In this document: in pieces, positions 1 through 8,392 of the stretch
Numbering within the stretch: position 1 is the first letter of the stretch
Layout of the letters: the number at the start of each line of letters is the position of its first letter
Source: an uncultured Gemmatimonadota bacterium
GTDB taxonomy: Bacteria > SM23-81
Length of the DNA stretch: 19,602 bases
NCBI GenBank assembly: GCA_964584035.1
Contig: CAZOYL010000039.1
Coordinates: 1-19,602 of the forward strand
Reading direction: 5' to 3'
Made by a program: the position numbers and the translations under genes
The notes under the pieces: generated by a model
What the model was told of the DNA's origin: nothing
The model's database searches: none
The model's input: the letters and a program-made list of their open reading frames with translations, nothing else

Positions 1-1
1 G

Positions 2-337
2 TACTATACCATCAGCGAGGTCTGCGACTTGACCAGTCTCAAGCCCCATGTGCTGCGATACTGGGAGGATGAATTTCCGACTCTGGCGCCTCCCAAGAAT
101 CGCGCCGGCAACCGGGCTTACCGCATCAAGGACATCAAGTCCATCTTCGCTATCAAGCAGCTGCTCTATGAAGAGGGCTACACGATCGCCGGCGCGAGGA
201 AAAAACTCTCGCAGATCCGACGAAATCCATCTTCCAACCAGCTGGAGATGAATTTCGAGGATGCCGTCCTGCGCGATGTGCTCAAGATGGTTAAGAAGGA
301 TCTTGAGGAGCTTCTGGAGCTGTTCATGTCGGCTTGA
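2..337 (+). CDS. MerR-family HTH transcriptional regulator (5' end lies outside the window)
   Basis: The frame is open from base 2 and reads [41 protein letters not shown]...[17 protein letters not shown], a typical MerR HTH. The TTG at 29 in the ORF track is an internal codon. Confidence 0.9.
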   Translation, partial: YYTISEVCDLTSLKPHVLRYWEDEFPTLAPPKNRAGNRAYRIKDIKSIFAIKQLLYEEGYTIAGARKKLSQIRRNPSSNQLEMNFEDAVLRDVLKMVKKDLEELLELFMSA

Positions 338-358
338 GCCAGGAGGTCAATTTTTCAC

Positions 359-387
359 TTGATTTTTCCCAGGCGGGGCAATAAATT
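359..387 (+). promoter_or_regulatory. Putative sigma70 promoter for tRNA-Pro
   Basis: TTGATT (359-364), a 17-nt spacer, then TAAATT (382-387), 36 nt upstream of the tRNA. Confidence 0.55.
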
Positions 388-423
388 ACTAGCACTGGGA
401 AGAGTGAAACAAGAACGATCCGT

Positions 424-497
424 CGGGGCGTGGCGCAGCCCGGTAGCGCACTAGCATGGGGGGCTAGTGGTCGCTGGTTCAAATCCAGTCGCCCCGA
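424..497 (+). tRNA. tRNA-Pro(GGG)
   Basis: Acceptor stem CGGGGCG/CGCCCCG, D-arm GCGC-AGCCCGGTA-GCGC, anticodon arm CTAGC-AT GGG GG-GCTAG, T-arm ending GGTTCAAATCCAGT. Discriminator A497 is followed by CCT, so the CCA end is only partly encoded. Confidence 0.95.
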
Positions 498-505
498 CCT
501 TGATG

Positions 506-546
506 AGGGCTGTGTTCCAGTGTTGGAGCACAGCCCTTTTTATTTT
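506..546 (+). terminator. Intrinsic terminator after tRNA-Pro(GGG)
   Basis: 14-bp stem AGGGCTGTGTTCCA / TGGAGCACAGCCCT (one G-U pair), GTGT loop, then TTTTATTTT. Confidence 0.9.
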
Positions 547-606
547 CCATTCCGGGTTGAGGAATTTCGGAGGCAACGATACAGGCGGGAGGGTACTATT
601 TTTCTC

Positions 607-635
607 TTGACAATGTTGCGTGAAATCACTAGAAT
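607..635 (+). promoter_or_regulatory. Sigma70 promoter for the exported-protein cassette
   Basis: TTGACA (607-612), a 17-nt spacer, then TAGAAT (630-635). A strong SD (AGGAGG) precedes ATG 715. Confidence 0.8.
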
Positions 636-714
636 GGATCACTCGAAGTTCTGAGCCGGGTGGGAAGAATTCCCGGAGCAGAACCGCAAATCGAAACCTC
701 ATCAGGAGGCGGAT

Positions 715-1557
715 ATGGCGAGAAGATCGTTGACCGCTGCGCTGATCGTCTTTCATGTGCTGACCATCGTTCACGTGGCCGGCCCATGGGCGCAGGAAGG
801 GTGGCTCATTGACCACCAGCCGGTCACCTCGGCTCAACCGGGTCAGCCGGTCGTGATTGGGGCCGAGCTGGAGGGAACGGCAACGGGTGTTATAATGTAT
901 ATCATGGTCCGCCGGGCGGGCAAAAAGGATTTCTCTTCACTCTCCATGAACCTATCCGGCGAGCACCTCTTCGAGGGCCAGATCCCGGCGAAATGGGTAA
1001 CCGAAGAGGGACTGGACTACTATCTGCGCCTGCAGGATCCGATAGGACGGATGCTGGCCAGGTATCCGGAGGATGAAACATTCATCGGCATTTCCGTACT
1101 GCCTCCCGAGGCGGAGGAGGTATCGCCGCCGGTCGAAGAGACGGCTCCGAAGCCGGAGGCGGAACCGGTCGGAAGCCGGGCGGCTGCCATTCCGCCTCCA
1201 TTGCCGGTCACCGTGCCGGCGGAAGTACCCCAGAAAAAAGACGTGACGAAAACACCTCCTCAGGAAACCATACTTGAGGAACCGGCCGCTGAGCCTCCGG
1301 TGGAGACGTTACCGCAGGAGGAAGTTGCTGATGCGCCTTCGCCGGGGCCCATGGCCGAAGAGCCGGCCGTTCCCCCGGAGAAACCGGTCATCGTCATGGA
1401 GGAGAAGAAGGGCGGCCTGCAAACATGGCACTGGCTGGGGTTGGGAGCTCTGGCGGTGGTCGGTATTGCCGCTGTGGCCATGTCGGGAGGCGGTGACGGG
1501 AGCAGTGATAAACGCACCCCGTCTACTGAACTTCCGGATCCTCCGGATCATCCCTGA
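715..1557 (+). CDS. Exported, membrane-anchored protein: signal peptide, Ig-like beta domain, Pro/Glu-rich linker, C-terminal TM helix and LPDPPDHP tail
   Basis: AGGAGG SD; basic then hydrophobic N-terminus (MARRSLTAALIVFHVLTIVHVAGPWA); P/E-rich stalk; hydrophobic WHWLGLGALAVVGIAAVAM near the C-terminus. Confidence 0.8.
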   Translation: MARRSLTAALIVFHVLTIVHVAGPWAQEGWLIDHQPVTSAQPGQPVVIGAELEGTATGVIMYIMVRRAGKKDFSSLSMNLSGEHLFEGQIPAKWVTEEGLDYYLRLQDPIGRMLARYPEDETFIGISVLPPEAEEVSPPVEETAPKPEAEPVGSRAAAIPPPLPVTVPAEVPQKKDVTKTPPQETILEEPAAEPPVETLPQEEVADAPSPGPMAEEPAVPPEKPVIVMEEKKGGLQTWHWLGLGALAVVGIAAVAMSGGGDGSSDKRTPSTELPDPPDHP

Positions 1558-1597
1558 CCGCCGGCCCCTTCCTTTTCCGCAATGAGGAGATCAAGCC

Positions 1598-3997
1598 ATG
1601 AAAGACAAACGATCCACAATCAGTTCGATGCTGGCGGCCGTTCTACTGTGCCTGATCATCCTGACTCCGGGAGACGCTGCTGAAAACGAACGGATGCCCT
1701 CTTCGGATGTGACCTCCCGGGAACCGGTTCACTCCCGGTGGCAGGAGTGCACCATGGAAGTGGACCCGGCCAGAGATCGGATTCGATATTTTCCAGCAAC
1801 GACCGGCGCCGATGGTGCCGGCTGTTCGGAAGCAGATGAATGCCGGGCTCTTGGCTGGCAGGTGCTGCTGAACGAGGATTTCGAGGTGCTGTTTCCCCAA
1901 TCCAACGGTTGGCAAACCTTCAACTCTCTGGGGTTCGCTCCCTATTACTGGGGCAAAAGCAGCTACCTGTTTCACGGAGGCTCCTACAGCGGCTGGTGCT
2001 GTGGAGATCATCGCAGCGGGAATCCCGATCTGAATCCGGCCACCAATGACTACCCCAATGATATGAAAGCCTGGATGATCTGGGGGCCGTTCGATCTCAG
2101 CGACGCCGCCGATGCCGAACTGCTGTTCTATTACTGGCTGGATACCGAGGAGGGTTATGACTTTCTCGGAATTATGGCTTCCACGAACGGAACCAACTTC
2201 TATGGTATCAACACCAGCGGAATTTCCGGCGGATGGGTGGGACAGGAGGAATTCGATCTCACCGACGTATACACACTGGGCGATCTCACCGGAGAGACGC
2301 ACGTCTGGATCACCTTCGTTTTCACCAGTGATGTCAGCAGCACCTCTACCGGCGTTTTCCTCGATGATATCATGGTCCGCAAGGAGGTGACCAACACGCC
2401 TCCGATGATCACGCATACGCCGGTAGCATCCGCCCCTGCCAGCCAGGACCTGGCCATCACGGCCATCATCACCGATGATACCGGCGTCACGGACGCTATG
2501 ATCCATTATCGCCGTGGAGGTGAGAGCGCTTTCAGCACCGTCTCCATGACGGCTGCCGGAGATCAATATAGTGCAACGATCGCCGGCAGCCTGGTGACCT
2601 CCCGGGGCCTGGAGTATTATCTGTCGGCCGGCGATGGGAGTCAAACGACCTTTCACCCGGCGATCGATCCGGCTTCGGCTCCCCATATGATCCGTGTCCA
2701 GGTGCCGAACCTGGCCTGGGCCGGCTCGATCACCGGCGGCAGCGAGCAGACCGCTTACCGGATGTTCTCGGTTCCTTTGGAGCTCGACGATGCCAGTGTC
2801 GAGACGGTGCTGGCCGACGATCTGGGCGATTATGATAAGACCCACTGGCGGTTTTTTAAATATCAAAGCGGAAATTACAGCGAACACCCCGCCGCCGGCC
2901 AGTTCGAGCCGGGCCAGGCCTTCTGGATGATCGTCAGCCAATCGGCCCAGAATATCGATGCCGGCTCGGGAACGACCGTTTCGACCGCCGATTCGTTCGA
3001 GATCACGCTGCCGCCAGGCTGGACTGACGTCGGGCTGCCTTTCGATTTTTCCGTCTCATGCAGGAGTCTTCGGATAGACAGCACGGCCGTCAACGGACCC
3101 TATGCTTATCAGGGCCAGTGGCTGCTTCCCTCGAATGTGACGGTCCTGAGTCCCTGGCAAGGATATGCCTTTCACAATCTGACCGGGGCCGACGTGATTC
3201 TCAAGATACCGCCCATCATGGGAACAGGGCAGGATGAGGTGGGGCATGATCCCTGGTTTCAGGCTGGAAGATCATCCGATCATTGGGCTATCCAGCTGCT
3301 GGCCAGCTGCGGAACGTCCCGCGACGAGTTCAACTTTCTGGGCTGTGCCCCGATGGCGTCACCCCGGCGAGATCCTCTGGATCTCAGCGAACCGCCCCCG
3401 GTGGGATCGTTTGTTTCGCTGTATGCGTTCCATCCCGAATGGCCTGCGGGAACCGGCGCTTTGACCGCTGATTTCCGGCCGCCGGTCAGGGGGACCGAGA
3501 TCTGGGACCTGATAGTTTCATCCAACCAGAACGGATCGCCGGTCCGGTTGACCTGGGAACTGGACGCCTCGCTGCCGCCGGAGATCGAGCTCAGGCTGGT
3601 AGATCTGGATGCGAAGACGGATCTGGATCTGAGAAAGGACCATCAGTACCAATTTATCTACCGCCGGGAGAGACCCTTCCGACTGATCGCCGGGCCGGCC
3701 AAAACGACCCATCTGGAGACAGCGAACCGACCGCAGAGCTCTCGGCTGCATCAGAATAGTCCCAACCCGTTCAATCCGACGACGACCATCGGTTTTGATC
3801 TGGCCGACGATGGATACGTTGAGATCGCTCTCTATAACGTGCTGGGCGAACGGGTCCGGATGCTGTGTTCCGAATGGCATCCGGCCGGATATCACCGTAT
3901 CGAGCTGGATGCCGGGGAACTGGCGGCCGGCATCTATTTTTGCCAGCTGACGGCCGGTTCATTCAGTCAGACCAGGAAGATGGTGCTGTTGCGATGA
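1598..3997 (+). CDS. Secreted multidomain protein with a Por/T9SS type-A (FlgD-Ig-like) C-terminal domain
   Basis: SD GAGGAG and a signal peptide. The N-terminal beta-sandwich (EDFE...GPFDLSDA..AEL.FYYWLDTEEGYDFL...FVFTSD...G.FLDDI) resembles immune-inhibitor-A/MAM-like modules. The C-terminus LHQNSPNPFNPTTTIGFDL...IALYNVLGERVR...LAAGIYFCQLTAGSFSQTRKMVLLR matches the Por secretion tail pattern. Confidence 0.85.
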   Translation: MKDKRSTISSMLAAVLLCLIILTPGDAAENERMPSSDVTSREPVHSRWQECTMEVDPARDRIRYFPATTGADGAGCSEADECRALGWQVLLNEDFEVLFPQSNGWQTFNSLGFAPYYWGKSSYLFHGGSYSGWCCGDHRSGNPDLNPATNDYPNDMKAWMIWGPFDLSDAADAELLFYYWLDTEEGYDFLGIMASTNGTNFYGINTSGISGGWVGQEEFDLTDVYTLGDLTGETHVWITFVFTSDVSSTSTGVFLDDIMVRKEVTNTPPMITHTPVASAPASQDLAITAIITDDTGVTDAMIHYRRGGESAFSTVSMTAAGDQYSATIAGSLVTSRGLEYYLSAGDGSQTTFHPAIDPASAPHMIRVQVPNLAWAGSITGGSEQTAYRMFSVPLELDDASVETVLADDLGDYDKTHWRFFKYQSGNYSEHPAAGQFEPGQAFWMIVSQSAQNIDAGSGTTVSTADSFEITLPPGWTDVGLPFDFSVSCRSLRIDSTAVNGPYAYQGQWLLPSNVTVLSPWQGYAFHNLTGADVILKIPPIMGTGQDEVGHDPWFQAGRSSDHWAIQLLASCGTSRDEFNFLGCAPMASPRRDPLDLSEPPPVGSFVSLYAFHPEWPAGTGALTADFRPPVRGTEIWDLIVSSNQNGSPVRLTWELDASLPPEIELRLVDLDAKTDLDLRKDHQYQFIYRRERPFRLIAGPAKTTHLETANRPQSSRLHQNSPNPFNPTTTIGFDLADDGYVEIALYNVLGERVRMLCSEWHPAGYHRIELDAGELAAGIYFCQLTAGSFSQTRKMVLLR

Positions 3998-4054
3998 GTC
4001 TTGGAGACCATTGAAGTGTCACCGGGGAAATTTGAGTGCTGATGAAAAAAAGTC

Positions 4055-4083
4055 TTGCCCCTGGAAGAAAAACTTGTTAAATA
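4055..4083 (+). promoter_or_regulatory. Possible promoter for the GT2-surE-pcm operon
   Basis: TTGCCC (4055-4060), a 17-nt spacer ending TGT, then TAAATA (4078-4083), in AT-rich intergenic DNA. Confidence 0.4.
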
Positions 4084-4158
4084 GATAAAGATAAGGATAT
4101 TTTGTGTTTTTCCAGGAAACAGGTTCCAGAGTGAGGAGGAGGGAGCTGAAAGTTTCCC

Positions 4159-4830
4159 TTGAGAATCGCTCTTCTGATACCGGCCTATAACGCCGCCGGG
4201 ACCATCGCCAGGGTGGTTGGGGATGCTCTCAACTTTTTGTCACCGGAGGATGTCTTCGTGATCGACGATGGCTCCAGTGACGGTACCGGGTCAGCGGCGG
4301 CTGTTCTGGGTGTGAACGTGCTCTTTCACAGATTGAATATGGGCAAGGGCGCCGCCCTTCGAACCGGTTTTCAGGCGGTAAGATCTCGGGGATATAACGG
4401 CGTTATCCTGATGGATGCCGATGGACAGCACGAAGCCCGGTTTCTCCCCTGTTTCCTGGAAAGAGCATCTGTTCGCCGGGAGGGCATGATCGTGGGAACC
4501 CGAATGGATCGGGTAGGAAAGATGCCCCGGATCAGGCGATTAACCAACCGTCTGACCTCAGCCATCGTCTCCGCCCTGGCCGGACAGAAGATCCCGGACA
4601 GCCAATCGGGCTATCGTTTTATCCACACCGATGTGCTTTCACGATTGCGGCTCACCACCTGGAGATACGAAACCGAATCGGAAATGCTCATCCAGGCCGG
4701 TCGAATGGGATACCGAATCGGATCGATGCCCATCAGCTCGATATACGAAAACCAGGAGAGCGCCATCAGCCCGGGCCGGGATACGGTCCGATTCATTCGG
4801 CTGATAGTGAAAACGATCTTCTGCCGATAA
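4159..4830 (+). CDS. Glycosyltransferase family 2 (DPM1-like, polyprenol-phosphate glycosyltransferase type)
   Basis: Motifs IPAYNAA, VIDDGSSDGT, NMGKGAAL, MDADGQH and DSQSGYR. The TTG start is forced by an in-frame TGA at 4147. Confidence 0.9.
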   Translation: MRIALLIPAYNAAGTIARVVGDALNFLSPEDVFVIDDGSSDGTGSAAAVLGVNVLFHRLNMGKGAALRTGFQAVRSRGYNGVILMDADGQHEARFLPCFLERASVRREGMIVGTRMDRVGKMPRIRRLTNRLTSAIVSALAGQKIPDSQSGYRFIHTDVLSRLRLTTWRYETESEMLIQAGRMGYRIGSMPISSIYENQESAISPGRDTVRFIRLIVKTIFCR

Positions 4831-4840
4831 ACGACCGATC

Positions 4841-5599
4841 ATGACACGAGTACTGCTGACCAACGACGACGGCGTGGGTGCCAAAGGTCTTGAGGCTTTA
4901 AGAACGGCCATATCTGGGATGGGGGCGGATGTGTTCGTGGTGGCCCCCGATCAGGACCAGAGTGCCACCAGCCATTCATTGACTTTGTCGAAACCCCTCA
5001 GGGTCCATGAAGTATCGAAGGATATTCATTCCGTTCAGGGAACGCCCACCGATTGCATCATGCTGGCCGTTCGGCACATGCTGGATCCGCGGCCGGATCT
5101 GATTATATCGGGGATCAATCACGGCCCCAACCTGGGGGACGATGTCAGCTATTCCGGGACGGTGGCGGCCGCCATCGAGGGAACCATGCTGGGCATTCTT
5201 TCCATGGCGGTTTCGCTGGCCGATTGGAAACCATTGGATTTTACAGCGGCCGCCGAGGTGGCTGCAAGAATTGCACGGCTGATCCTGGAGAACGGATTGC
5301 CGGAGGATACCTACCTGAACGTTAATGTTCCCAACCTGCACAGAGAGGACATTGCCGGAGTAGAGATTACTCGATTGGGAAAACGCATTTACCGGGATGC
5401 CGTGGAGATCAAGACGGATGAGAAGGGCAATTCTTTCCTCTGGATCGGGGGACAGCAGCCCTCCTGGGAGGGTGGAGAGCAAACCGACTTCCGGGCCATA
5501 GAGGCCGGGAGAATCTCCATCACCCCGCTGCATTTGGACCTGACCAATTACCGGGCCATGGAGAAGATACGTGAATGGGATTACACTTCACTCCGATGA
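4841..5599 (+). CDS. surE: 5'/3'-nucleotidase SurE
   Basis: LLTNDDG, VVAPDQDQSATSHSLT, GTPTDC, SGINHGPNLGDDVSYSGTVAAAIEG, LNVNVP, SITPL. Confidence 0.97.
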   Translation: MTRVLLTNDDGVGAKGLEALRTAISGMGADVFVVAPDQDQSATSHSLTLSKPLRVHEVSKDIHSVQGTPTDCIMLAVRHMLDPRPDLIISGINHGPNLGDDVSYSGTVAAAIEGTMLGILSMAVSLADWKPLDFTAAAEVAARIARLILENGLPEDTYLNVNVPNLHREDIAGVEITRLGKRIYRDAVEIKTDEKGNSFLWIGGQQPSWEGGEQTDFRAIEAGRISITPLHLDLTNYRAMEKIREWDYTSLR

Positions 5600-6281
5600 G
5601 AATGACAACCGCAATAAAGCGGAATTGAATGAAGCCGACAAGTATGTCTTCGAGAGAGAACGGATGGTCGAAGAACAGCTGGTCTCCCGGGGCATCAAGG
5701 ACCAGCGGGTTCTGATGGCCTTTCGAGAGGTGCCCCGGCATGCCTTCGTCAGTAGGGATGTGCAGCCTCAGGCTTACAACGATTATCCCCTGCCGCTGGA
5801 GCATGGACAGACGATATCCCAGCCATACATGGTGGCTCTGATGACCGAATGTCTGCATCTGAAAGGGGAGGAGAAAATTCTCGAGGTGGGCACCGGGTCC
5901 GGCTATCAAGCGGCCATTCTCTCGAAACTGACCGATAAGATCTATTCTATCGAGCGGGACACCCTGTTGGCCAGAAAAGCCAGAGAGTTGCTGACCCGTT
6001 TGAAGATCGAGAATGTTGTCATCAAAGTGGGCGACGGAACCCTGGGCTGGAGAGAATTTTCTCCCTACGATGGTATCATCGTCACGGCCGGATCGCCGCT
6101 GGTGCCGGAGCCCTTACAGAAACAATTGCGAGATGGCGGCCGGCTGGTGGTGCCGGTGGGAAGTTCGGCCTTTCAGAATCTGATGTGCATCCAGAAAAGA
6201 GGCTCCCAGTTTAAGACCGACGAGATCTGCGGCTGCACCTTCGTGCCACTGATAGGCGATCATGCCTGGGCGCAGGAATAA
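5571..6281 (+). CDS. pcm: Protein-L-isoaspartate O-methyltransferase
   Basis: VPRHAFV, GQTISQPYMVALM, LEVGTGSGYQAAIL, GDGTLGW, PYDGIIVTAG, FVPLIG; follows surE. The start is either GTG 5571 (GGAG SD, 29-nt overlap with surE) or TTG 5625. Confidence 0.96.
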   Translation: MNGITLHSDENDNRNKAELNEADKYVFERERMVEEQLVSRGIKDQRVLMAFREVPRHAFVSRDVQPQAYNDYPLPLEHGQTISQPYMVALMTECLHLKGEEKILEVGTGSGYQAAILSKLTDKIYSIERDTLLARKARELLTRLKIENVVIKVGDGTLGWREFSPYDGIIVTAGSPLVPEPLQKQLRDGGRLVVPVGSSAFQNLMCIQKRGSQFKTDEICGCTFVPLIGDHAWAQE

Positions 6282-6293
6282 ATCGAGGTGCCG

Positions 6294-6764
6294 ATGGCCG
6301 GATATATCCCCCGGGAACTTTACACCATGCTCATCGCCATGCTGCCGGTTTCGGAACTTCGGGGAGCGATTCCTTATGCCCTGGGCAGTGGACTGAGTTG
6401 GCAGCAGTCCTATCTATGGGCAGTGATCGGCAATTTCATCCCGGTCATCCCTCTGTTGCTGTTCCTGAGCCCCCTGTCGAGCGCTCTGAGCAGACGGTTT
6501 TCGTTGTGGCGACGTTTCTTCGACTGGCTTTTTGCCAGAACCAGGCGGAGAGGCAACCTGGTGGAGCGATATGAGGCTCTCGGGCTGGTGCTGTTCGTCG
6601 CCATTCCTCTTCCGGTCACCGGCGCCTGGACCGGCACCGTGGCTGCCTTTCTGTTCGGAGTTCGTTTCAAATATGCACTGCCGGCCATCATTCTTGGCAT
6701 CCTCCTGGCCGGCACCGTGGTCACTCTCGCCTCTGTGGGCATCATCAGCCTGTGGAGGATTTGA
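6294..6764 (+). CDS. COG2426 / small multidrug export family membrane protein
   Basis: AMLPVSELRGAIP, GN.IPVIP and LFVAIPLPVTGAWTG signatures with several TM segments. ATG 6294 is preferred because it follows a GAGG SD. Confidence 0.85.
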   Translation: MAGYIPRELYTMLIAMLPVSELRGAIPYALGSGLSWQQSYLWAVIGNFIPVIPLLLFLSPLSSALSRRFSLWRRFFDWLFARTRRRGNLVERYEALGLVLFVAIPLPVTGAWTGTVAAFLFGVRFKYALPAIILGILLAGTVVTLASVGIISLWRI

Positions 6765-6812
6765 TCGAGATGGTATGCCTATCTACAGTCTGTGGAATAA
6801 GTGATCTTGGGT

Positions 6813-6890
<78 letters not shown>

Positions 6891-6919
6891 GCTCTTTCCT
6901 TCCTGCAGTTCGAGTCCCC

Positions 6920-7396
6920 ATGTCAGTCAAAAGAAAGAACAGGCGGCTCCGCATAGCCGTCATCGGCGGCGGTGCCTGTACCGTGAAGCAGGCCGGACTG
7001 GCCCGGGAGGTGGGCGCCGAGCTGGCCCGGCGTGACTGTATCGTCATCACCGGCGGCCTGGGTGGGGTTATGGCTGCCGCCTCGGCCGGAGCAAAATCTC
7101 AAGGCGGGCTGACGGTCGGCATCCTGCCGGGTTCTTCGGACGGAGACGCCAACGAGCATGTCGACGTGCCCATCGTCACCGGACTGAGCCATTCCAGAAA
7201 TGCGCTGGTGGTCCGTTCCTGCAGCGCCGTCATCGCCGTCGGAGGCCAATACGGCACGCTTTCAGAGATCGCCCTGAGCCTGTCTATGGGCATTCCGGTG
7301 GTGGGTCTTGACAGTTGGGATATCGACGGCATGGAGCCGGCGCAAACGCCCGGAGAGGCCGTCGAACGAGCCCTCACTTTAATAGCCAAGCGATGA
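6920..7396 (+). CDS. LOG/SLOG superfamily Rossmann-fold protein (TIGR00725-like)
   Basis: IAVIGG, VITGGLGGVMAAAS.GA, TVGILPG, TGL.HSRN.LVV, GGQYGTLSEIA. Confidence 0.85.
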   Translation: MSVKRKNRRLRIAVIGGGACTVKQAGLAREVGAELARRDCIVITGGLGGVMAAASAGAKSQGGLTVGILPGSSDGDANEHVDVPIVTGLSHSRNALVVRSCSAVIAVGGQYGTLSEIALSLSMGIPVVGLDSWDIDGMEPAQTPGEAVERALTLIAKR

Positions 7397-7674
7397 TCAA
7401 GGCAGGCGCCTATATACGTGTCAGCGGCGTGGTCCAGGGTGTCTCGTTCCGGTACTTCACCAGGCAAACGGCACGCAGCCTGGGACTGTGTGGATGGGTG
7501 CGTAACCGGTCCGATGGAGATGTGGAGCTGGAGGCGGAGGGGGAGAGAGGATTGATCGAGGAACTGATCAAGGCCCTCCGGGCGGGACCCCCATCGGCTC
7601 ATGTACGGGACGTTCAGGTCCGGTGGCTGGAGAAAGACGATCGGGAATATGACGGTTTTCAGGTGATTTTTTAG
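7393..7674 (+). CDS. acyP: Acylphosphatase
   Basis: [36 protein letters not shown] 7393 overlaps the upstream stop (ATGA). Confidence 0.93.
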   Translation: MIKAGAYIRVSGVVQGVSFRYFTRQTARSLGLCGWVRNRSDGDVELEAEGERGLIEELIKALRAGPPSAHVRDVQVRWLEKDDREYDGFQVIF

Positions 7675-7694
7675 AAACCAGCGGAAGGAACGTC

Positions 7695-8219
7695 ATGGAC
7701 GAATTAAAGAAGTATATTCGCAGCATACCGGATTTTCCCAAGAAGGGAATCGTCTTCCGGGATATCACCACCCTGTTGAAAGAGGGACAGGCTTTCCGGA
7801 AGGCCATCGACGCCCTGTATGAACATTTTCGCGGGCAAAAGATCGATCTGGTGGTGGGCACCGAGGCCCGAGGTTTCCTCCTGGCCGCACCGCTGGCCTA
7901 TCGCCTGGGAGTCGGAGTGGTGCCGGTTCGTAAGCCCGGAAAGCTTCCGGCCGAGACGCTGCGTCTGGAGTACCAGCTGGAATACGGCAGCGATGCTCTG
8001 GAAATCCACAAGGACGCCATCGGGTCCGGTCAGAAGATCCTGGTGGTGGACGATCTGCTGGCCACCGGCGGGACCATCGAGGCCACCTGCCGGATGGTGG
8101 AACAGCTGGGTGGTCAGATCGTGGCGGTGGCTTTTCTCATCGAGCTCGATTTTCTCGGGGGTCGAAAGAAACTGGGATCGCGGGAGATCTATTCGCTGGT
8201 GCATTATGACAGCGAGTAA
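7695..8219 (+). CDS. apt: Adenine phosphoribosyltransferase
   Basis: [40 protein letters not shown]-binding motif [11 protein letters not shown]. Confidence 0.97.
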   Translation: MDELKKYIRSIPDFPKKGIVFRDITTLLKEGQAFRKAIDALYEHFRGQKIDLVVGTEARGFLLAAPLAYRLGVGVVPVRKPGKLPAETLRLEYQLEYGSDALEIHKDAIGSGQKILVVDDLLATGGTIEATCRMVEQLGGQIVAVAFLIELDFLGGRKKLGSREIYSLVHYDSE

Positions 8220-8319
8220 CCGGAGAGGAATGCATCCGGCAGCGGCATGATGGGGGTTCGGCGGCGGTCCGGTATCGGTTCGAGGTCAGCCGGTTCGAAA
8301 GCGATATTGAATTTTTCGC

Positions 8320-8348
8320 TTGACAAAAAAGGCTTTTTCTGTTAGAAT
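8320..8348 (+). promoter_or_regulatory. Sigma70 promoter of the aromatic amino acid operon
   Basis: TTGACA (8320-8325), a 17-nt spacer ending TGT (extended -10), then TAGAAT (8343-8348). Confidence 0.85.
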
Positions 8349-8392
8349 CAAAAGAAAGAGCAGAAACCGTGTATTTTCCAATCAGGGGTATC

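Noticed and set aside
430..654. 74-aa ORF overlapping tRNA-Pro(GGG), and similar ORFs across the other tRNAs
   Set aside because: It is a translation of tRNA and terminator sequence.
1100..1395. Pro/Glu-rich quasi-repeats next to a tRNA-Pro gene as a functional link or tandem repeat
   Set aside because: This is a low-complexity linker without an exact repeat unit, and its adjacency to tRNA-Pro has no mechanistic support.
1643..2941. Long minus-strand ORFs (432 aa here; also 12280-13395, 10124-10924, 17897-18646, 14149-14772)
   Set aside because: They are antisense shadows of well-supported + strand genes in GC-rich DNA and show no recognisable motifs.
6908..6920. T-loop-like GTTCGAGTCCCCA just after tRNA-Pro(CGG), a possible tRNA remnant or att site
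   Set aside because: The flanking bases do not form a T-stem, and the sequence does not match the 3' end of any tRNA in the window.
8250..8300. Three GGTTCG hexamers after apt, suggesting a repeat array or tRNA fragment
   Set aside because: The repeats are too short and irregularly spaced, with no cloverleaf and no CRISPR-like repeat/spacer geometry.
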